This document shows, one piece after another, positions 18,904-29,709 of a stretch of DNA of 64,000 bases. Below the pieces are notes generated by a model, which saw only the letters and a program-made list of their open reading frames with translations, ran no database searches and was not told the origin of the DNA. Position 1 is the first letter of the stretch, and every line of letters begins with the position of its first letter. Made by a program: the position numbers and the translations under genes. Origin of the DNA: an uncultured Candidatus Saccharibacteria bacterium (GTDB lineage Bacteria; Patescibacteriota; Minisyncoccia; Phycocordibacterales; UBA918); the NCBI GenBank assembly GCA_964643955.1, contig CAZXUO010000001.1, forward strand, positions 171,828 through 235,827, given 5' to 3'.

Positions 18904-20679
18904 TTACTCCTCCTGCAAAAATCCTCCCGCCTGATGCTGCCAAAGTCGGGCATACAATCCCTCAGACTTAAGAAGCTCATCGTGCGTTCCGTCCTCGACG
19001 ATCACTCCTTTATCGAGCACGATGATACGATCCATTTCGCGGAGCGTTGAGAGTCTATGCGCGATCGCAACCACTGTCTTACCCTCCATGAGCACCCGAA
19101 GTGCCTTCTGAATAGCGACCTCGCTCTCGCTATCGAGTGCTGAAGTCGCCTCGTCGAGGACAAGTATCGGAGCATCTTTCAGCATGGCTCGCGCGATTGC
19201 TATGCGCTGTCGCTGCCCGCCTGAGAGCTTCACACCGCGCTCGCCCACGAGCGTCTCATACCCCTCCGGCAGTGTCGTGACGAAGTCATGTATTTGTGCC
19301 ATCGCGGCAGCACGTTCAATTTCTTCCAATGTTGCATCCGGCTTTCCATACGCAATATTTTCTCGAATGGTGCGGTGAAAGAGCATCGGCTCCTGCGGCA
19401 CAATAGTGATTGCTTCGCGGAGCGAGTCCTGCGTAACTTCTGCAATATTTTGTCCGTCAATCTCAATCACTCCTCCATTGAGATCATGCTGACGCAACAT
19501 AAGCGAAACAAACGTCGTCTTACCTGCACCACTTGGGCCCACAAGCCCCACCCGCTGCCCTGCAGGAATCTGGAGCGAGAAATCTCGAAAGACATCTGCT
19601 TCACCGTATTTAAACACCACATCCTTCCATTTGACCTCACCACCTGAAGCCTGAAGCTTCTGCGCTCCAGCAACTTCTGTAATCTCGTGTGACGAAAGGA
19701 GGGCCTCAAGACCTTCTTTCATTTCACCATATGACTCCGCCGTACTGTTGAACGCTTGCGATATAAAGATAAGTGTTCCAGCGAGATTGGCGACGAGCGA
19801 AAGCACAAGTACAAACTGACCTGTTGAAATACTACCGGCACTCCATCCTGTAATAAGGAAATAGAGCATTCCTGAAGTAAAAAGAAAGAGCATTGTACAG
19901 TTTATAAAAAGCATGTACTCCGAATAGCGCCAGTTCATTTGTTGACGCTTTTTTCTATATTCAATACGTTCCTTTATCGCTGCAAATTCGCGCCCGCGCA
20001 TACTAAATTGTCTGACGGCGGACATGTTTGTGAGCACGTCGACCGTATGTCCGCGCAGTGCCGTCACCGCTGCAGCACTTTTTTCAGAAAGCCGTCGTTT
20101 TTGTGGGACTAAGTAGGTGTTCAATACCAGCAATACACCGATAAAGACCAAGAAGGTCAGGCCGACGCGCGTATCTACACTCATCAAAAGTCCACACGTC
20201 ACGACAAGCGAAACAATCGTCGAGAGATGAGTCCACAGATAATTCTCAACAAAACTGCCGGTGCTATCTATGACATTATTCATATTGCTCAACAGCGATC
20301 CTGCAAATCTGTTTGCAAAAAAATTATGGCTGTGGTCCAAAAGATATTTTGTAAGTTCTTCAGTCACATACGCCCTACTCGTCGTAGACCACCGCATACC
20401 CAAGAGACCCGACACACGCCAGAGAAGCTGGATAAAATAGACGACGAGCGGATAGCCGATTCCGAGAAGTATCACCAACGTCGTATTTCCGGTTCCGGCA
20501 GCATCAATGATTTTTTGAAAAATAATGTAGGAAAGTTGTCCTAGAGTCTCTGCGAGCACCACCACAAACGTCGCAAAAACTGCCCACCATTTAGCAGGTC
20601 CTGCCGCATAGAAAAAGAAGCCGAGCGGCTTCTTCGGCATTTCTCCTATCTGCTGTTTTGGAGGCATTTCTTTAGCCAT
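18904..20679 (-). CDS. ABC transporter, fused permease and ATP-binding protein (MsbA-like exporter)
   Basis: Six-TM N-terminal domain. Walker A GPSGAGKT. Signature LSGGQRQRIAIARA. Walker B ILVLDEATSALD. Confidence 0.85.
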   Translation of the reverse strand: MAKEMPPKQQIGEMPKKPLGFFFYAAGPAKWWAVFATFVVVLAETLGQLSYIIFQKIIDAAGTGNTTLVILLGIGYPLVVYFIQLLWRVSGLLGMRWSTTSRAYVTEELTKYLLDHSHNFFANRFAGSLLSNMNNVIDSTGSFVENYLWTHLSTIVSLVVTCGLLMSVDTRVGLTFLVFIGVLLVLNTYLVPQKRRLSEKSAAAVTALRGHTVDVLTNMSAVRQFSMRGREFAAIKERIEYRKKRQQMNWRYSEYMLFINCTMLFLFTSGMLYFLITGWSAGSISTGQFVLVLSLVANLAGTLIFISQAFNSTAESYGEMKEGLEALLSSHEITEVAGAQKLQASGGEVKWKDVVFKYGEADVFRDFSLQIPAGQRVGLVGPSGAGKTTFVSLMLRQHDLNGGVIEIDGQNIAEVTQDSLREAITIVPQEPMLFHRTIRENIAYGKPDATLEEIERAAAMAQIHDFVTTLPEGYETLVGERGVKLSGGQRQRIAIARAMLKDAPILVLDEATSALDSESEVAIQKALRVLMEGKTVVAIAHRLSTLREMDRIIVLDKGVIVEDGTHDELLKSEGLYARLWQHQAGGFLQEE

Positions 20680-20788
20680 TCTTCATGAAGACGTGCGGAT
20701 AGCTCAAACCTTTCTAAGCCTTAAACTAAGGGCTTGACTTTGTATATAAAATATATTATAGTTTTAACTGGTCTTAAAAGGAAGAGCA

Positions 20789-21007
20789 ATGAACGCTCAT
20801 CTGCTTCGGGAGCAATTCGCGGCCGAGATGGCCGCCATTTTCATCCTCAACCAAGAGCTGAAAGGGGCAGAGAAACTCCGCATATTCGAAACTGAAGAGT
20901 TCAAGCGAATCCTGGCGGCCATCAGAGCCGTGGATCGGCACGCACCGAAACTAACGGTGCTAAAGTTCATTCTAAGAGAGTACAGTGACATGCTTCGGCA
21001 TGTCTAA
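20789..21007 (+). CDS. Small hypothetical protein (72 aa)
   Basis: An AAGGAAG motif 7 nt upstream of the ATG. Confidence 0.35.
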   Translation: MNAHLLREQFAAEMAAIFILNQELKGAEKLRIFETEEFKRILAAIRAVDRHAPKLTVLKFILREYSDMLRHV

Positions 21008-21022
21008 GGGGGTGCCAGTTAC

Positions 21023-21811
21023 TTACTTGGCATCCCCTTTTGCGTTTTGTATCTGCTCAATTTCATCGATCTGACTATGGAGATTTACACTCACTGCCCA
21101 ATCTTGTATGAGACGTCGATCCGAAAGAAAACGTGGCGAAAATGTAATAAATGTTTTTGAACTAGCGCTTGGCATCGAAGTATCCTGACTTGGAAACCAC
21201 GCATACGCAGAAAAACCATCAAGTAAATCTTCTTTTTTAATCCACTCTAACGTCTGCGCATATACATTGAGCGACTCGATCAAACCATCGTGCGCCGTGC
21301 GCCGCCGTCGATCAATTTCTCCAATCTTTTCAGAAAATTCTTGAGGGTCCATTCGACTACGCCTTTGCGCAAGTGCATGAAATTGCGACAGGAGACCAAC
21401 GTACCGACGCACCGCGAGAGATATTTCTCGCCCACGAGAAGAAAGGAGGGCTAACTTCTTTGAAACTTCTTGTTTATATTCATCATCAAGTCCCTCAAGC
21501 TCTTTTTCTACAGATTGCCGCACGACTAAAATAGTTGCATCAATATCTGCAACCACTACTCCGCGATGCTCATGGATATGGTTGTACATTTCTGAAACTT
21601 CCGTCTCGCCCACGAGTGCATGCAGTGTCGATGGCTCCACTGGTACTGTATCAGGATGTGTCTTATGAAGCATGTGTATCTCATTAATTTTTGAGACCAC
21701 TTCTTCAACTGGCTTTAAACCCTTGCCTTCAGCCACCTCCTTCTGATCAGCCGGTACTGAAAAATTTTCATTCATATTCTCTATGATACGGCTCGAGACT
21801 CGACAGCTCAA
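21023..21811 (-). CDS. Hypothetical protein
   Basis: ORF only. The internal Met at 21775 is an alternative start. Confidence 0.4.
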   Translation of the reverse strand: MSCRVSSRIIENMNENFSVPADQKEVAEGKGLKPVEEVVSKINEIHMLHKTHPDTVPVEPSTLHALVGETEVSEMYNHIHEHRGVVVADIDATILVVRQSVEKELEGLDDEYKQEVSKKLALLSSRGREISLAVRRYVGLLSQFHALAQRRSRMDPQEFSEKIGEIDRRRRTAHDGLIESLNVYAQTLEWIKKEDLLDGFSAYAWFPSQDTSMPSASSKTFITFSPRFLSDRRLIQDWAVSVNLHSQIDEIEQIQNAKGDAK

Positions 21812-21856
21812 GACGGTGACTCGGGCAACTTTTTTTGATACTATGCGATTCTTAAT

Positions 21857-21932
21857 GCGCGGTTAGCTCAGCTGGTAGAGCATTACATTGACATTGTAAA
21901 GGCCATAGGTTCAAGTCCTATACCGCGCACCA
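21857..21932 (+). tRNA. tRNA-Val (anticodon GAC), CCA encoded
   Basis: GCGCGGT acceptor. TAGCTCAGCTGGTAGAGCA D-arm. Anticodon loop TTGACAT. GGTTCAAGTCC T-arm. Confidence 0.9.
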
Positions 21933-21992
21933 TTTAAATCCTAGCTTCGCTAGAATTTTGTACACAACACACTTACTCGTGAAATAAAAGCG

Positions 21993-22024
21993 AACCCCGA
22001 CGCTGGAAAGCGTCGGGGTTTCAG
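21993..22024. terminator. Hairpin terminator (ccccgacgc tggaaa gcgtcgggg ttt)
   Basis: 9-bp perfect stem followed by a T-run. Confidence 0.7.
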
Positions 22025-22038
22025 TTTGAGAGACAGAA

Positions 22039-22356
22039 TCATGGGCGGCGCAGTGCCCTCACGAGGCCAAGTGTCGTATAGCGGACTGCTTGGAGCGCAG
22101 TCTGTACTACGACCACGCCTTCGAGCAGGATCATTGCGCGATCGGCCATGAGGCCACCACGGAGCGCCGACTCGACGCGCGCTGCGTCTTGCGGCGAAAG
22201 GAAACTGCTGAGCCATTTGATGGCCCGTAGATTCCAGTCGAAGACCTCGACCAGCGTCTGCGGGTGGTAAAACCACGCGTAGACGACAACCACGATACCG
22301 ATGATGTTCACGAGGACAGTCCCCGTGAATTTGCCGACAAACTTTAAAAAGTTCAT
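22039..22356 (-). CDS. Small hypothetical membrane protein
   Basis: Two hydrophobic helices. Confidence 0.3.
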   Translation of the reverse strand: MNFLKFVGKFTGTVLVNIIGIVVVVYAWFYHPQTLVEVFDWNLRAIKWLSSFLSPQDAARVESALRGGLMADRAMILLEGVVVVQTALQAVRYTTLGLVRALRRP

Positions 22357-22448
22357 CCTGCGCCTCCTCTTATCCTGTATGTATTATGACATATTTTTTA
22401 CTCTAAATCAACTATCATTGCGTAGGGCTGTCGCGCATGTTTTGATAC

Positions 22449-23636
22449 GTGTGCATGATCATACTTTCTATCGAGACAAGCTGTGACGAGACCGCTGTGA
22501 GCATCGTGCGCGCCACGGGCGATTTCCCGCATGCCACATACGAGGTGCTCGGCAACGCCCTCTTCTCCCAGATCGACATCCATCGCGAGTTTGGCGGTGT
22601 CTTCCCTGCTGTCGCTAAGCGCGAGCACGCGAAGACCCTCGTCCCCATGCTCGAGCGCGCCCTCGAAGAATCAAAGCTCGAGTATCATCCTTCATCTCTT
22701 TCAGAATCGAAGACCGCGCTTCTTGAAGAAATCCTCTACCGCGAACCCGGTCTCACCGAAGCACTCCTCACTTTTTTAGGTAAACAAGGGACACCAGCTA
22801 TTGATCTCATCGCCGTTACCTCAGGACCCGGACTTGAGCCCGCGCTCTGGGTTGGTATCAATTTTGCAAAAGCACTCGCAGTCGCATGGGACATATCGCT
22901 TGCACCAATCAACCACATGGAGGGTCATATTTTTTCTTCACTGTTTGATGGAGAGCGATTTGGTCCACTCAAGTTTCCTGCGCTCGCACTCCTCATCTCA
23001 GGCGGCCACACTGAACTCGTCTTGATGCGCGACTGGTGCCAATACGAGCTCGTCGGACAGACCCGCGACGACGCAGTCGGCGAAGCCTTTGATAAAGTCG
23101 CGCGAACACTCGGACTGCCGTACCCAGGCGGCCCTGAAGTGTCAAAACTGGCCGAGGCGGGGCGCAGTGACGGGCTCGTGCCTTCGCTCACGCTCCCCAG
23201 ACCCATGCTCGCTACCGAGAGCTGTGACTTCTCTTTTTCTGGCATCAAAACCGCCGTGCTCACGGCAGTAAAAAAAGCAGAGGAACAGGGTGTGCCGCTC
23301 GAAAAGACCGCGCCTGAAGTTGCGCTTGATTTTGAAAATGCAGTTACTGAAGTACTGATTGCAAAAACAAAGCGCGCAATGGATCTCCATGATGTACAGA
23401 CCGTCATACTCGGTGGCGGCGTGTCAGCAAACACCAACATCCGCCGAGCTTTTAGAGAACTTTTTGAAACCGAATATCAGGATCGGGCGCTCTACCTCCC
23501 AGAACCAAAATTCACCACCGACAACGCCGTGATGATTGCACTTGCTGCACACGCACGCTTCTCGGTACTCAAAGAAGATGCGGTTGACGAGACACGTTCC
23601 TTCCGTGCCGACGGCAATCTCTCACTTCACTCGTAA
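22449..23636 (+). CDS. tsaD: tRNA N6-adenosine threonylcarbamoyltransferase
   Basis: LSIETSCDETAVS, NHMEGHI and GGGVSAN motifs (Kae1/TsaD family). Confidence 0.85.
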   Translation: MCMIILSIETSCDETAVSIVRATGDFPHATYEVLGNALFSQIDIHREFGGVFPAVAKREHAKTLVPMLERALEESKLEYHPSSLSESKTALLEEILYREPGLTEALLTFLGKQGTPAIDLIAVTSGPGLEPALWVGINFAKALAVAWDISLAPINHMEGHIFSSLFDGERFGPLKFPALALLISGGHTELVLMRDWCQYELVGQTRDDAVGEAFDKVARTLGLPYPGGPEVSKLAEAGRSDGLVPSLTLPRPMLATESCDFSFSGIKTAVLTAVKKAEEQGVPLEKTAPEVALDFENAVTEVLIAKTKRAMDLHDVQTVILGGGVSANTNIRRAFRELFETEYQDRALYLPEPKFTTDNAVMIALAAHARFSVLKEDAVDETRSFRADGNLSLHS

Positions 23637-23727
23637 ATTAGACAAAAGCTAGTCCGCTGCGAATTCCTGCTTTACATATTTAAGATTAATGTTATAGTGC
23701 CCGCGCATCTATTTTTTAAAATTTCTC

Positions 23728-24672
23728 ATGAAAGACCTCCAATCTGTGGCTTATTCTGTCGTAGTTCCTATATATAATGAGGAAGGCAATGTTGCTGAAC
23801 TCCATAACCGTATTAAGACAGCCTGCACTGCGCTAAATAAACCTTTCGAAATCATCTTTGTTGATGATGGTTCTACGGACAATACCCTTGCTGCATGTCG
23901 TGATCTCTCGCCTCTTGTACTTATTGAGCTGCGCAAAAATTTTGGCCAAACAGCGGCATTTGATGCAGGACTTAAACAAGCGCAAGGTGAAATTATTATC
24001 ACCCTTGATGGAGACCTCCAAAATGACCCCGCTGACATCCCACTCCTGCTCAAGAAACTGGACGAAGGATATGACGTGGTTTCAGGTTGGCGCTTTGACC
24101 GAAAGGATTCTCTGGGTAAACACATATCTTCCCGCATTGCGAATATGCTTCGCAAACTCCTTTTCAAAGATTCCATTCATGACTCTGGATGTGCGCTTAA
24201 AGCCTACCGACGTGAGTGTTTCGAATTTCTTGATTTGTACGGAGAAATGCATCGCTTCATCCCTGCACTCCTTGCGATTCAAGGTTTCAAAATCGGAGAA
24301 GTAAAAGTGAGTCATCACCCACGTACCCGCGGAAAGAGTAAATATAATTGGCGCCGTTATCTCAAAAGCATCGTCGATATGATATCGGTGTGGTTTTGGG
24401 GAAATTTCTCTCATCGACCACTCCACCTTTTTGGTAGTGCCGGATTTGTACTTATCGGCATCGGAGGAACATTTATTCTATGGATGGCGATCGAAAAAAT
24501 ATTTTTAGGTACTGAGCTTGCAAGTAAAATTTGGCCACTCATGGGAGTATTTATGGTAGTTGCAGGTCTTCAGCTCTTTACGGTGGGTATTATTACCGAT
24601 ATCCTGGTAAAGACATATTATCGTGGTCATAACCGGATGAACTACTCCGTCCGCACCACGAAAAACCAGTAA
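23728..24672 (+). CDS. GT2 polyprenol-phosphate glycosyltransferase (GtrB/ArnC-like)
   Basis: VVVPIYNEEGN, IIFVDDGSTDNT and DGDLQNDP motifs, plus two C-terminal TM helices. Confidence 0.8.
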   Translation: MKDLQSVAYSVVVPIYNEEGNVAELHNRIKTACTALNKPFEIIFVDDGSTDNTLAACRDLSPLVLIELRKNFGQTAAFDAGLKQAQGEIIITLDGDLQNDPADIPLLLKKLDEGYDVVSGWRFDRKDSLGKHISSRIANMLRKLLFKDSIHDSGCALKAYRRECFEFLDLYGEMHRFIPALLAIQGFKIGEVKVSHHPRTRGKSKYNWRRYLKSIVDMISVWFWGNFSHRPLHLFGSAGFVLIGIGGTFILWMAIEKIFLGTELASKIWPLMGVFMVVAGLQLFTVGIITDILVKTYYRGHNRMNYSVRTTKNQ

Positions 24673-24680
24673 AATATCAT

Positions 24681-24974
24681 ATGGAATTTGTAGTCAAAGT
24701 TTTTGCTGCGTTCCTTGATCCCTGGGTAATCTTTGGATTTGCTGCACAGTTTATATTCTTCGGCCGCTTTGTCATTCAATGGCTTGCGTCTGAACGAACA
24801 GGTGTCGTGACCATTCCTCGATCTTTTTGGCACCTCTCCATCGTCGGTGCCATCATGATTCTGATATACGCCATACACAGGGAGGATATCGTCTTTATAG
24901 CGGGCCAGCTTATTGCACTTGCAATTTACCTACGCAATCTCGTACTCGACAAAAAGCGCTCAAAATCTGTTTAG
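24681..24974 (+). CDS. Small membrane protein of the lipid-A-disaccharide-synthase N-terminal-like type (partner of GtrB-like GT2)
   Basis: 97 aa with three TM helices. It sits immediately downstream of the GT2, a common two-gene arrangement. Confidence 0.45.
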   Translation: MEFVVKVFAAFLDPWVIFGFAAQFIFFGRFVIQWLASERTGVVTIPRSFWHLSIVGAIMILIYAIHREDIVFIAGQLIALAIYLRNLVLDKKRSKSV

Positions 24975-25127
24975 ACCACAAAACTTTACGAGTATTGAAT
25001 AATGTGCTATAGTCACTCTCGTAAGAAAGCTCTGGTCACTGAACGACTCCAGCGTTGTTAAGCCTCACAAGCCCTAAACCCTGGAGTGCTTTTTTTTGTA
25101 AAAAAAGAAGAATTAAATAATTACAAT

Positions 25128-26339
25128 ATGAAGAAGTACACCCGCATACTCACCATACTTGTTGCAATCATAATATTTGTAGGAATAGTATTTTCTGCAT
25201 GGCTTTTCGTGTTCAAAGACGAGCGAAACTACTCATCGATATTTCTCAACACATACCGAGCTGCAGTAATTGACTCAATCTGGGTAGCGTATCGAGAAAC
25301 CATTCAGGAAGATGGGCGTACGATCGATCGTGGGCGAAATTACCTCACCACATCAGAAGGACAATCATATTCACTGCTTCGATCTGTCTGGATGGATGAC
25401 CGAGATACATTTGAACAGGTGTTAAAATGGACAAAGCATAATCTTCAAAAACGCGAAGAAGACCAACTTTTTGCTTGGCTGTGGGGACAGCAATCAAATG
25501 GTCGATGGGATATCATCACCGAAGAAGGCGGACGAAACAGTGCTTCAGATGCTGATCAAGATATTGCGCTCGCACTTATTTTCGCAGCTGTACGCTGGAA
25601 TGATAGTTACTATCTTGATGAGGCAAACGAAATTCTTGATGACATATGGCGACAGGAAGTTGTCCATATAGGAAATCGTCCGTATCTTGTTGCGGGTAAC
25701 TGGGCACGCGATGAGATTCGCCCAACGATAAATCCATCATATCTTTCTCCAGCATGGTATGAGATTTTTGCGCGCGTAGACACCGAGCATGACTGGCTCG
25801 CAGTCAAGGATACTTCGTATGAGGTATTAAACCGCGCTACATGGAATGAACTCGATCGCGGAACCGCAGTTGGACTTCCTCCTGACTGGGTCTCGATCGA
25901 TCGAACGACAGGCGCCATTGTCCCATCGATGCATGCAGACAAAACGACTAATTTCTCTGACGACGCATTTCGTACTTTTTGGCGAGTCGGCCTCGACTGG
26001 GAATGGCATCAAGATGAGCGCGCATACGAATATCTCAACCGCATAACATTTCTTAAGGATGAATGGGAAAAACGAGGACTTGTGTACGGAACATATGGTC
26101 ATGACGGCTCGCTCACAAAAACCGAGGAGAGCAGCTCTCTCTACGGAGTTTTACTTGCATATTTCTCAATCGTAGATAAGGAAATAGCACAAGAAATATA
26201 CGATAAAAAAATAGCAGAGTACTACGACACCGATACGGAGAATCTAAAAGACTATCTTGGATACTACCCACAAAACTGGGTATGGTTCGGCATGGCCTTT
26301 TACAATGACCGACTCCCCAACTTAGCGGATCCTGATTAA
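25128..26339 (+). CDS. Glycoside hydrolase family 8 (BcsZ-like endoglucanase), membrane-anchored
   Basis: TTSEGQSYSL and ASDADQDIALAL (GH8 catalytic region), with an N-terminal TM anchor. Confidence 0.65.
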   Translation: MKKYTRILTILVAIIIFVGIVFSAWLFVFKDERNYSSIFLNTYRAAVIDSIWVAYRETIQEDGRTIDRGRNYLTTSEGQSYSLLRSVWMDDRDTFEQVLKWTKHNLQKREEDQLFAWLWGQQSNGRWDIITEEGGRNSASDADQDIALALIFAAVRWNDSYYLDEANEILDDIWRQEVVHIGNRPYLVAGNWARDEIRPTINPSYLSPAWYEIFARVDTEHDWLAVKDTSYEVLNRATWNELDRGTAVGLPPDWVSIDRTTGAIVPSMHADKTTNFSDDAFRTFWRVGLDWEWHQDERAYEYLNRITFLKDEWEKRGLVYGTYGHDGSLTKTEESSSLYGVLLAYFSIVDKEIAQEIYDKKIAEYYDTDTENLKDYLGYYPQNWVWFGMAFYNDRLPNLADPD

Positions 26340-26347
26340 ACATACGT

Positions 26348-27940
26348 ATGGACGATTCGCGAACGACAAACATGTACTACATAAGCGCACAGGTGCCGCG
26401 AGTTCTTATACTTATCGCTGCTGCACTTTCGCTCTGGTACCTTACCTGGTGGTTTGACTTTTCTCGCGCGGGATCGATTACGTTGTTTGTACTCCTCTTT
26501 ATTGGTGAAATCTACCATGTATGGCAATCACTCGGTTTCCTCCATACCGTTTGGGATATGAAGAAAGTCGAACACAAAGTGAGCGTTACGAATCCTCTCG
26601 TCGATATTTTCATTACCGTCTGTGGTGAACCAGTTGATATTGTCGAGCAGACCGTACGTGGCGCACTTGCCATTAACTACCCAAATTTTACCGTTCACAT
26701 TCTTAACGATGGAAAAGTTGCTCGGAAAGAAAATTGGGAGGAAATTATCACGCTCGGAAAATCACTCGGGGTCAACGTTATTACACGCGAGATCCCTGGC
26801 GGTGCGAAAGCCGGAAATATCAACCACGCACTCAAGCTAACGTCAGCGCCATTTTTTGCGCTATTTGATGCTGACCACGTACCACACCCTGAGTTTCTTG
26901 AGCGCACCATGGGCCACCTTGAGGACCCAAAAATGGCTATCGTCCAATCGCCTCAATATTATATAAACAAGGGTGAAAATTTCTTGACGCGTGCGTCATG
27001 GGAACAGCAAGAACTTTTCTTTGGACCAATCTGTATTGGAAAGAATCGTCATAACGCTACCTTTTGGTGTGGCACCAATGCAGTCGTTCGTCGCACAGCC
27101 ATCGAAAGTATCGGAGGCGTTCCTGAGGACAATATTGCTGAAGATTTCTGCGCTTCGCTTTTCATTCATCAACGCGGATGGAAAACGCTTTTTATACCCG
27201 AGATCCTTGCAAAAGGCCTTGGTCCAACGGATCTAAAATCATTCTTCAATCAGCAATTCCGCTGGGCACGCGGATCTTTGGAGCTTGTATTTCGCTATAA
27301 CCCATTCTTTCGCAAAGGACTTACGTTTGCTCAGCGTTCACAATATCTCTACTCTGCCGGCTACTACCTAAGCGGCCTAATCATTTTGATCGATGCGGTC
27401 GTACCTCTCGTAGTACTTCTTACCGGTATTCGTCCTGTCGAAGACTCAACAGGAAACTTTATCATTTATTTCTTTCCATTCATCTTCATCACGCTCTATG
27501 TACTCATGCGTGCGACAAACTATTCGATAACATTCCGAGCTGTTCAGCTTTCAATGAGCTCGTTCTTCATCTTTATTCTTGCAGCTATCTCAACAATCAC
27601 TGGAAAAAAGTCTGCATTTAAAGTTACTGACAAACGTGCAGCGCAAGGAAACTACCTCATGTACGCACTCCCTAATATTATCTATACCGTTGCTACAGTA
27701 TTGATAATTGCATTTGCCCTATACATGCACGGACCAACTCCGCACGTCATCACAAACGCAGCGTGGGCAATCTTCAACGTTGTATTCTTCTTCCCATTCA
27801 TTGTTGTTGCGTATCCATGGCGAACTGAAGCAAACCACCTTTTGGAAAAAGCGAATCACCGCATAAACAGCACGACATTTGGTAAGTATGTAAATACTCA
27901 CACGATGATAATGCTCAATTCAGTAAAAAAACTATGGTAA
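26348..27940 (+). CDS. Cellulose-synthase-like processive GT2 (BcsA-like) with no recognisable PilZ domain
   Basis: D, DAD (FDADHVP), ED (NIAED) and QQFRWARG (QxxRW) motifs are present. The C-terminus is multi-TM and lacks the RxxxR/DxSxxG PilZ signature. Confidence 0.7.
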   Translation: MDDSRTTNMYYISAQVPRVLILIAAALSLWYLTWWFDFSRAGSITLFVLLFIGEIYHVWQSLGFLHTVWDMKKVEHKVSVTNPLVDIFITVCGEPVDIVEQTVRGALAINYPNFTVHILNDGKVARKENWEEIITLGKSLGVNVITREIPGGAKAGNINHALKLTSAPFFALFDADHVPHPEFLERTMGHLEDPKMAIVQSPQYYINKGENFLTRASWEQQELFFGPICIGKNRHNATFWCGTNAVVRRTAIESIGGVPEDNIAEDFCASLFIHQRGWKTLFIPEILAKGLGPTDLKSFFNQQFRWARGSLELVFRYNPFFRKGLTFAQRSQYLYSAGYYLSGLIILIDAVVPLVVLLTGIRPVEDSTGNFIIYFFPFIFITLYVLMRATNYSITFRAVQLSMSSFFIFILAAISTITGKKSAFKVTDKRAAQGNYLMYALPNIIYTVATVLIIAFALYMHGPTPHVITNAAWAIFNVVFFFPFIVVAYPWRTEANHLLEKANHRINSTTFGKYVNTHTMIMLNSVKKLW

Positions 27941-29676
27941 ACCTTCGTAACAACGCGCATTTCGCTTTTGCTTTTGCGGCCATCATACTCATTGGTATTT
28001 CCGTCCGACTTATCGGCATTTCTACCGAAAGTCTTCGTCTTGATGAGGCACAGAGTATTTGGCAAGCTTCTCATTCGATGGAGTTCATTCGGCAATACAT
28101 GCTGAAGAACGTGCACCTACCCCTCCACAACACACTTCTCCATGTATGGATGCAGTTCTTTGGCACAAGTGAAGCTTCGGTGCGCATGCTCGCGGCAATT
28201 CCAGGGATACTCTTTTTGCCTGCAATCTATCTCCTTGCTCGTGAATTTATGGCTCGACACTGGGCACTTGTTGCAATGACACTTGCCTCGATCGCCCCAA
28301 TCTTCGTTTGGTACAGTCGCGAAATTCGCATGTACTCTTTGCTTATCCTTATTGCTACCCTCTCGTTCTATCTCTATATCCGCATCCTTCGAGAGCCACG
28401 CATGCAATGGTATCTTCTCTACACAGCAGTAAACCTCATCGGCATTTACACACACTATTTCTTTATTTGGACACTTGTTGTTCAGCTCATTTTCTTTTTC
28501 GCAACGTGGAATATCGATTTTACGTCACACATTAAGAAAACGAAACGCCAGATCTTTATTGGACTTTCTGTTGTGGCAGGACTGCTCCTTATTGCATTTA
28601 GTCCGTGGCTTTATGGACTTTTTAGCAGCCACGGCTCCGGTTCGCTTGCTCCTGTCTTTGGTGCACCAAACAGCTTCAACATGGCGCTCACGCTGTTTGA
28701 ATTTCTGTTCGGTTTTCAGCCAGACATAATTACCGGAGGACTCTTTGCGCTCTGGCCACTTATTACGCTCTTTGGGTTTATTTTCCTCGCAAAACGAACT
28801 CCTATACCGCCCCTTGTATGGCTCCTTGTTATCGGTATCTTTCTACCCATAACGCTCACGTTCATCATTAGCGTTACAATCAAGCCGCTTTACCTCACAC
28901 GATATTTGATGATTGCCGCACCACTGGTCTTCGTGTTTATTACGTGGTTTATCAGCGAACTCCCTAAGTATCGAGTATTTTTTACTTTGGCTATTGCCAC
29001 AGTACTTGTATGTACCCTTTACACACAACAGTTCCATCCTGAAAGCCCCGCTAAAGAAAACTACCGCGATGTTGCAACATACATTAACGCAGAAGTCACC
29101 TCACGCGATATTGTTGTTCTTGCGCCTCCCTATCTTATTTACCCGTTCCAATACTATTACACGGGACAAGCTCATACGACGAGTATGCCTATTTGGGATA
29201 AACGCGAAGGCGCAATCCCGGTAATCACACCTGAACTTCTCGCGCGCGACGCCGAAATAATCAAAGGGAGTAGAAAGCGCATATTTCTTATCGTAGGATC
29301 AGATCTTGTTGGTGCAAACGAAGCAAAAGACTACTTTGACAGCAATCTTACAAAGATTGATAAAAAACAGTTTTCCAAAAATCTTTGGCTTCACGTCTAT
29401 CAAGCTGAATACCTCACCGATAATCAGGATGTTGTCACTATCCCGCCACCATCACCGTCATCAACACCTGTGCCCACCTCAGAACACACCACACAAACAC
29501 CTTCTAATTCTGTTTCAAACATCTCTGGAACATATGTTATTCAACAGGGAGACACACTAACTTCAATCTCGAAGAAGATTTATGGAGACTCGAGCAAATA
29601 CCTGTACATTGCTGAATTAAATGGCATAGTAGACCCCAACACCATTATTTTAGGCCGTACTTTGCTGACCCCGTAG
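27934..29676 (+). CDS. GT-C fold membrane glycosyltransferase (PMT_2/ArnT-like) with a C-terminal LysM domain
   Basis: N-terminus RLDEAQSIW...FGTSEASVRMLAAIPG matches the ArnT/PMT_2 signature. At least 10 TM helices. The C-terminus YVIQQGDTLTSISKKIYGD...IAELNGI is a LysM domain. Confidence 0.55.
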   Translation: MVNLRNNAHFAFAFAAIILIGISVRLIGISTESLRLDEAQSIWQASHSMEFIRQYMLKNVHLPLHNTLLHVWMQFFGTSEASVRMLAAIPGILFLPAIYLLAREFMARHWALVAMTLASIAPIFVWYSREIRMYSLLILIATLSFYLYIRILREPRMQWYLLYTAVNLIGIYTHYFFIWTLVVQLIFFFATWNIDFTSHIKKTKRQIFIGLSVVAGLLLIAFSPWLYGLFSSHGSGSLAPVFGAPNSFNMALTLFEFLFGFQPDIITGGLFALWPLITLFGFIFLAKRTPIPPLVWLLVIGIFLPITLTFIISVTIKPLYLTRYLMIAAPLVFVFITWFISELPKYRVFFTLAIATVLVCTLYTQQFHPESPAKENYRDVATYINAEVTSRDIVVLAPPYLIYPFQYYYTGQAHTTSMPIWDKREGAIPVITPELLARDAEIIKGSRKRIFLIVGSDLVGANEAKDYFDSNLTKIDKKQFSKNLWLHVYQAEYLTDNQDVVTIPPPSPSSTPVPTSEHTTQTPSNSVSNISGTYVIQQGDTLTSISKKIYGDSSKYLYIAELNGIVDPNTIILGRTLLTP

Positions 29677-29709
29677 AGACTACTTCGTTGCAGTGGTACC
29701 ATTGTCCGG